From: Octopus sinensis | Lineage: Eukaryota | DNA length: 64,000 nucleotides | Direction: 5' to 3' | Assembly: GCF_006345805.1 (NCBI RefSeq) | Contig: NC_042997.1 | Span: 8,060,001 to 8,124,000 of the forward strand | In this document: positions 56,456 to 64,000 of the stretch, piece by piece | Numbering within the stretch: the first letter of the stretch is position 1 | Layout: every line of letters begins with the position of its first letter | The notes under the pieces: model-generated | What the model was told of the DNA's origin: nothing | Database searches by the model: none | What the model saw: the letters and a program-made list of their open reading frames with translations, nothing else | Position numbers and translations under genes: made by a program

Positions 56456-56690
56456 GGCCGCGAGCTGGCAGAAACGTTAGCACGCCGGGCGAAATCTTTA
56501 GTGGTATTTCGTCTGCCGTTACGTTCTGAGTTCAAATTCCGTCGAAGTCGACTTTGCTTTTCATCCTTTCGGTATCGATTAAATAAGTACCAGTTACACA
56601 CTGGAGTCTATACAATCGACTTAATCCGTTTGTCTGTCCTTGTTTGTCCTCTCTGTGTTTAGCTCCTTGTGGGTAGTAAAGAAATAGGTA
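56456..56690 (+). mobile_element. SINE family A, best-preserved copy, with Tx1-like tail
   Basis: B-box gagttcaaattcc; tail tttgtcctctctgtgtttagctccttgtgggtagtaaagaaata. Confidence 0.9.
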
Positions 56691-56828
56691 TAGATATACA
56701 TCAATAAATGCCTGTGTATATATGAATGCATATAAATATACAGATATATGCATACGGATATGCACATGTATGATGTGTGTGTTTATATCAATGTCACTCT
56801 ATCTTTACACACATGCACGCGCTTACAC

Positions 56829-56880
<52 letters not shown>

Positions 56881-59244
56881 CACACTCATATATAATCCTT
56901 GTTTTCGTCGCTTTGTTATAGCCATACTGGGGTACGGTGATTAACCGAAGAAATCGACCCAGTAGTAATACTTTTGCCAAGCCGCAAAGTACCCGATCAT
57001 TAACAAAGTTAAGATGCTTGTTGACTGGAGATTGACAGGCGCATTGACGCGTAGTCACTTACATTATCCATACATACAGATACGGCAAGCTTCCACACAG
57101 TTTCCCTCTATTGAATCATATGGAATTGATAGGCTCGGAGATATAATAGGAGACACTTCTCCACATTACTTGAACACGAAACCACGTGTTTACAAGGCGA
57201 ATTTCTCAGCTAAGCAACCATTCCTGCGGCTAAAATATTCCTGTAAGCGCGACGCATCTCGATCATACAATGTTTAATTTGAAGTCAGGTGCGTTATCCA
57301 CTTTGTAAGATGTGTATGTGTGTGTGTGTGTTTGTGTGGTGTGTGCATGAGTGTGTGTTTTGTGAACGTATATATCTGTCTGTATGTGCTTATGTTTCAC
57401 AAACTATCATTGTTTAATCAAGAGTGATTTCGGGTTAAAATGTTAATTTAAGCGATCGGTGAATCATGGAATAAGAAAGTACGTTCCACGGTGAAATATG
57501 TATAATTGATGCGATCGTCAACAAAAGCCCATTCGAAAACAGATGCCCAACATGGCCGCAATACAATGGTTAGAATCAGCAAAAACTAAACGAGAAGAAT
57601 TTATGCACGTACATATAGACAACTGCGCAATCACATGAGTCCATATCTGCGCGTGACAATATTTGCATGTAATCATACCATATGATTCATAAATGCATAC
57701 TCATAAATACATACATGTTTATGCATACAAAGGCACGCGGTTTGAAATAATATTGAATGCAATATTTCAAATATACATTCTAAGTGCTTGATATTAAAAC
57801 AGAGACAAAATTTTATTCACATATTCACATATATATGCATCCCCGCTGTCACATAACGATTTGCATACAGATCTGTGGTAACGCATACATAGAATAAACG
57901 AGCTTCCACTTATAGGTACTGTCACGGTCTTGAATAAGATGGAACATGGCTTGTTCCTGTTCATACATACATTCACCAAACATGTGTGTAATCATATATC
58001 TGCAGACACTAACATACTAAAAGTGCACGTAGATTCAACAGATAGTCGGTGTTATAACTTTACGTCCAGGCAGATTATGTAAACCTGGTGAATGAAATTC
58101 AAATATAAGACAGAAAGAAAATATGGAAATTTTGCCAGTAACACAAATATCGTAACGCGCGTGCACCATTGCACATCGTTGGCATTCTCAGAATTTCACG
58201 CATTTGAGGACACATACGACAAAAATATTTCTAAACACGTAATCCCTCCTGCGCGGTTTAAAGAGAAGACATGCATCCATAAAAGAATGTAACTCTCTTG
58301 ATAAACACTGCACAAATATATTCCAAACCTATAGACAAAGGCATAATTTATGTTAAGAATATTTAAAACTCTCACCACTAAGATCGCAGTAGTATTTTGT
58401 ATTTAGCAGAGATAAATGTAATTCCAAACATATTTTCTCTTATTGCTATTTGTGGGTAGGAGTCTCTCTCTCAAAGGCTAACACTTGTAATATATTGTTT
58501 ACACGAAGTTTATATGTTTTATTTTCTGTAAGCACATTGATACAGACATATATAAATATGCATCTATTGCAATTAACATATGTATATGTTTTCATATGAA
58601 AGCAAACATTTGAGTACACGACACAATCTTGTTAGACATTTCCTCTCTCTCTGTGTTTGTATGCCTATTGTGTGATGGAGTAAATATGTGCATGAATGCA
58701 TATGACAGTGTTATATGTGCCTGTACAAATATACACATACATGCATACACACACACGCGCGCAAAAACACTGATACACACGCACTCGCAAAGACGTTCAC
58801 ACACGCACCACAAAGACACGCACATCTATATGTAAATGTATTTATACACATATGTATGCACATATATGTATGTATATAACTATATTATATATTTTCGAAT
58901 ATATTCATATATATCTATATATAGGTATTATATGTACACATATACTTTCATTAGAGAACTTTTAGAACTGTTTAACCTACTAGCATTATTTGAAAGTACT
59001 GGAATATTTTTGCTGGTTAATTACGTATTCATACGTATTTGATCTGTAAGTAATTTGTCTATAGAGTTTTATCATGAGACACTGAATATCATCTATATAT
59101 ATGCATGCATTAAACGTAAATACATGAATATATATATACATATATACACAGACACGCCTCTCTCTCCGTTTCTCTCTCTGTCTCTATGTATATATATGTA
59201 TGTATATTGCGTATATGTGTGTGTGCATGTAATTAAGTATACGT

Positions 59245-59570
59245 AAAAGCACATAGCTTGGTATTTAGGGTATTAAGCTCACGGCTGTAAGGTTATGAGT
59301 TTGATTCACAGTGGTGCGGTGTTTCCATGAGCAAGACACTTTTGTTTACGTTGCTCCAATCCACTAGGCTGGCAAAAAGGAAATGTACCTGTAATTCGAA
59401 AGGCCAGCTTTGACACATTCCGTCCCACGTTGAATCTCGCTGAGAGCTATGTGAAAGATACACTTGTCTGAGTACTCTGTTACGTACTGGTTAACTTCAC
59501 ATGTAGGCTGTTCCATTGATCGGAGCAACTGGGGCCCTCGTCGTCGTAGCCGGCGTAGAGCCACAAATTC
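59245..59570 (+). mobile_element. SINE family B copy
   Basis: gagtttgattc B-box remnant, then catgagcaagacactt..gttgctccaatccac..gctggcaaaaa. Confidence 0.7.
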
Positions 59571-60064
59571 TTCCTGTATATGAATAGGTAACTGAGTGTG
59601 TTAATTCTTTCTTGATTGTATCAGGGCTTCTATATGTGTGGATATGTGCCTGTGTCTGCGATGACGGTTTGGACTTGTTTGCGCTCGTGTTGCCCATTCG
59701 CCGATGTGTTTATGAACAATATAAAGCAATATCAATGTTTTACAAAACTGATGTGAAGCATGAGGTACGCCCTGCTTTTGGTGCATATTAATATTTTAAT
59801 GAACCATATGTTGTTTCAGAACAGAGCATAAATTCGTAACCAATGAATAAAACTAGCAATAATTTTAATCAAAATTTCATTTGAACATATGTATTACATA
59901 CTCACTTTTCCGCCCGTTGCCTTTCAGCTTTTGTAAATTTCTTTAATCAAATATGTACTGCTTAGAATTTCGGCAATAAACATTAACTCACATTTGCATC
60001 GAAAAGTTTAACAATATTTTCCATACTTTTCTTTCTTTGTTTTCATTATTATGATGACTTGTAA

Positions 60065-60710
60065 AGGCGGTGAACTTGCAGAAATATTAGCACGCCGGTG
60101 TTTATTCCGATTTTATGTTCTGATTTTAAATTACGCCAAGATCGACGTTGCCTTTTATCTAATCGAGATCGATAAAATAAGTACCAGTTAAATATTGCGG
60201 TCTATGTAATCAACTTAACACCTCCCCGAAATCCATTGTTACTGATAATCCATTGTTACTGATAATTTGTAAACGCAACGGGCTGGCAGAATCGTTAGCA
60301 TGCCTCCATTCATTCCTGGTCCATAAAATACATACCAGTGGAAAACTGGTGTCGATGAAATTGACTTAGCCCCTCCGCCAAATTGCTGGCGTTGTGCCAT
60401 AATTTGAAACACATGCAAAACACCATTTATTCTTCCTTATCCGTTATCAGAAAGGAACTATTTGCATGAAGCCATATCGCATCTTGCTACAAGTTTTACC
60501 ATAGTCATAATTAACAAAGGCGTAAATGTGGCGAGCTGGCAGATTATTTAGCGGTATTTTGTCCGTCTACACGTTCTGAGTTCATATTCCATCAAGATCG
60601 ACTTTGCCTTTCAGCTTTTTAGGGTCGATAACAAAAGCACCGATTATGTACTGGGGTTGGTGTAATCTCCCTCCTCTAAATTTCAGGGCTTGTGCCTATA
60701 TTAGATTATT
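60065..60710 (+). mobile_element. Cluster of three degraded SINE family A copies (60065-60228, 60275-60412, 60528-60710)
   Basis: Each begins with a gg.g.(g)ctggcaga head variant and carries family A body or tail segments. Confidence 0.75.
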
Positions 60711-60719
60711 AACAAAGAC

Positions 60720-63060
60720 ATAAAAACAAGCTCCTATGCGGAACACCGAAAACAGTTCTCCCACTGGGCAGTAAACTCATTCTTGCAACAACACTCTGCT
60801 GCGTCTGTGATTTTTAATCTTAATTGGTTAAATACTATGGATTTATACCACATCGATTATTCTTCTAAGAACATCCCTATTCCACCAAACACACTATAGC
60901 TGAGTATATTACATAAAAAAGTTGAAGACTTCCAGAAAGCAATATTTTTTTATTCCTAAATACTTCCCTCGTATAAAGAATATTATGATTTAAAAACAAG
61001 AAAATAACCCCCAAGTATCAAAGATTTGGTCCCTGTTCAGACAGGTATTCTTAATCCGAATTAGTAATATTAGATGTAGTAAAAACCTTTAACCAATTAG
61101 GATTTACGAGGGGCGTTCAATAAGTAATGCCTCTGACCCACTTGCAGTTGTTTAATCTAGCTGAAATTTTGCATGTGCAATCATTTATATCTCTATAGAT
61201 TAAGTGGCAAATTCTGAACTAATTGTGGTGAACTAATTGTGGTTTCCGATTTACAGGTGTTTGAACTGAGTCAAGTGTGAAATGGAGCATGTTGAGTGTC
61301 GAGCAGTGATCCGATTTTTGTATTTGAAAGGACGCACACCACGGGAGACTTTTGATGAAATGAAAGTAACTTATGGTGATGATGCCCCATCATATGACCT
61401 TGTAAAACGCTGGCATCGTGAATTCAAACATGGTCGGAACTCTGTGGAAACAGCTCCCAGATCTGGTCGCCCCATTCTGCCATTGATGAGGCATCTGTCT
61501 GTCAAGTTGAGGCTGCCATTTTGGAAGATCGACGCATAACTATTCGCTAAATAGCCCATGAGGTCAAGATTAGTACCGGGTCTGTGGAAACTATCATTCC
61601 TGACCATTTGCATATGTAAAAGGTGTCTGCCAGATGGATTCCCAGGTTGCTCACACCTTTCCAGAAGCAAGAACGCGTCGATTGCTCGAGGATGAATTTG
61701 AAGATGTGCCAAGAAGATGAGTCAAAATTTTTCAAAAGACTGATTGTACAGGATAAAACCTGGGTCCATCACTATGATCCAGAGACCAAAGCCCAGTAAA
61801 TGCAGTGGAAGCACCGTTACTCACCTCCTCCAAAGAAGGCAAGGGTGCAGCCCTCCGCTGGCAAGGTCATGCTTACAGTCTTCTGGGACCAGGACGGAGT
61901 AGTGAAGACAGATTTCCTGGCAAAGGGTACCACAATTACAGGAGCCTATTATGCTTCACTTTTGAGGAAATTAAGAGAAGCTATAAAAATCAAGAAGCGG
62001 GGCAAGATCAGCAAAGACATCCTCCTCCTGCAAGACAATGCTCCGGTCCACAACTCGTGTCGCCAGATTAGAAGCACAGGCGTGCGGCTATGAGCTCATC
62101 TCCCATCCCCCCTACTCTCCTGACCTTGCACCCTCTGATTTTCACCTCTTCCCAGCCATGAAGTTGTTTTTGAAAGGAAAGCGTTTCCCAGATGATGCAG
62201 CCTTGATTTCTGAAGTCACGTCGTGGTTGGAGGACCAAGCTGGGGTCTTCTACAAAAACGGTCTTCAGAGCTGCATCAAACGATGGGAGAAATGCGCAAC
62301 TCTGGGTGGTTCCTATGTGTTAAAAGACTAATAACTGTTCCAAGTTTCGTTGCTCTACAGCTATGGGAATTGGGTCAGGGACATTACTTATTGAACGCCC
62401 CTCGTAAAATCAAAGTAGCTACTAATCTCTCTGCAGTAGACTATTTAGACGTGTTACTAGATCTAAATACTTCATCTTATAAACTTTTATAAACAGAACG
62501 AGAAGCTTACATATAATAGATATATAATAGATATGTCACCCTCCCTCTATATTAAAAAAAAACTGGTAACCAAAATTAGTAGAGTGTCGAACCTCTCTTC
62601 TTCTATAATAAGGCCCTACTCGATAGTGGGTGTAAAGATAAGTTAACATATAACCCCTCTAACATACAAATCATGATAACGAGGATAGATATAGTAGTAC
62701 CAAAGATAATGTAGTACATAAACATGCTAACATTAAATAATTTTGTTCGCCCCTCGCGAGAAAAGACTATATTGGATTATTGAAGGAGAGTTTAAAAAGC
62801 GTTATGCCACCCACATAGTCTCCTTCTGACATAAGGACAGCCAGCCACGGGTGAGCTTTGAAAGAGAATAAAATGCCATATAATCGAAAAATCAACACCT
62901 TTGCTTGGCTGAAAGAGCGCAAATACTGCTCTGATTAAATATCCACAAATCAATATTGAACTAGAGGGCTGAAATTTTCAGTAATCGCGAACACAGGCAA
63001 AATAGTATTTTGAAGAACCTGACAATCCCACCCATCTCAGTTCGATTTGACATCGCCCCC
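60720..63060 (+). mobile_element. Degraded Penelope-like RT fragment, split by a mariner
   Basis: Removing the mariner and one TA restores ELVILDVVKTFNQLGFKIKVATNLSAVDYLDVLLDLNTSSYK, followed by NKALLDSG. Outer boundaries are approximate. Confidence 0.75.
61107..62404 (+). mobile_element. Full-length mariner (DD34D) transposon, recently inactivated
   Basis: TA target duplication at 61105-61106 and 62405-62406, with 34-bp TIRs (cgaggggcgttcaataagtaatg..ctgaccca, 2 mismatches). Transposase 61282-62331 has IVQDKTWVHHYDPE, LLQDNAP(34 aa)HPPYSPDLAPSDFHLF, broken by at least 2 frameshifts and several stops. Confidence 0.96.
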
Positions 63061-63610
63061 GACATAATTACTTAAAGACTAAGGAAATTAAATCACTTAC
63101 TACTATAGTCTTTCCTCTCTTTATTTTAGTATTTGTTAGGTTTATTTTTTATCCTTTATATTATTTATACTTCATAAATTTTATAAATTTTTACATTCCC
63201 AACATTCTTATATTTATACCTTTAAATTCCTACTTTATATTTTATACATTTATTTCTCATATACTTTTTTTACTCTCCTTGCACAATTTCCATTTAATTG
63301 AAATTAATTTCATATTTGCGTTTACATCAGTCACCTGGATTCACTTTCCGGTTATAAGTCGGGATTTTCTATATGCTATCATTTTATCAGTAGTTTTAAC
63401 GTATTCTCACGTCTCAGGCCATATTTAAAGTTCTTAGTTGAGCACGAAGAGTGCTATGCACCTGAAGAATATATTTAGATTTTCAGACACGGGAAACTAT
63501 TTGTAGCGCCCAAATATATGGAATGTGATTCTTAACAACAATAGTTGATTCTCACCAGATGAATTATACCACGAACCAATACATTATATGTGTGTGTGTT
63601 TGTTTGTGTT

Positions 63611-63658
<48 letters not shown>

Positions 63659-63910
63659 CGTGTATGTGTGTGTATGTGTGTGTGTGTGATGTATTGGTTC
63701 CTGGTATGATTCAAGAAAGAGAGCACTCCATCTGGTGAGAGTCAAATATTGCAGTTTAAGGATCACAATACATATCTTCGGGTGCTACTAAGTTTTTTTT
63801 CGTGTTTTCTCTTCTTTCCAGGTTATTTCGCATGCTTTCAACGAATGTGACATCGAAATAACGCGTGAATGGCTAATTTCTCCAGAGAAGGAAAGATTTG
63901 AGTGCTACTT

Positions 63911-63991
63911 CTTGCACGTCCTGCTACCACGTAAGAAGTGTTTCGGGTTCTTTATCACAAATGCCTGTTACGTGGTAGGAGGGCGTGCTAG
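63911..63991. repeat. 24-bp imperfect inverted repeat with ~33-nt spacer
   Basis: cttgcacgtcctgctaccacgtaa versus the reverse complement of ttacgtggtaggagggcgtgctag (3 mismatches). Confidence 0.8.
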
Positions 63992-64000
63992 AAATAACAC

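Noticed and set aside
56456-56545. tRNA gene
   Set aside because: The A and B boxes are separated by non-tRNA sequence, no cloverleaf is evident, and the sequence continues as SINE body.

Overview
AT-rich, microsatellite-dense eukaryotic DNA with no host gene I can support. The SINE families, (TA)n/(CATA)n/(GATA)n tracts and TE mix look like an octopus (coleoid cephalopod) genome; that assignment is inference from recalled repeat families, not a database search. Almost all recognisable sequence is decayed mobile DNA. There are six IS630-Tc1-mariner elements: four DD34D-type mariner, one DD37D maT and one DD34E-type Tc1. There are five Penelope-like (PLE) RT/GIY-YIG fragments, one 5'-truncated Tx1/L1-clade LINE, one R4/Dong-like LINE with a partial second 3' end, an RTE 3' end, and three tRNA-derived SINE families. 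Nearly all ORFs in the supplied track are microsatellite read-through or TE remnants. The most notable structures are a ~714-bp near-perfect palindrome (19518-20231) and an inverted pair of hammerhead-ribozyme-like modules inserted into a PLE ORF (24587-25352). Also notable are a ~438-bp fold-back element split at its apex by ~4.5 kb, a SINE 3' tail shared with the Tx1-like LINE, and an R4/Dong-like LINE bracketed by (CATA)n. All alignments and counts were done by eye and should be confirmed computationally.
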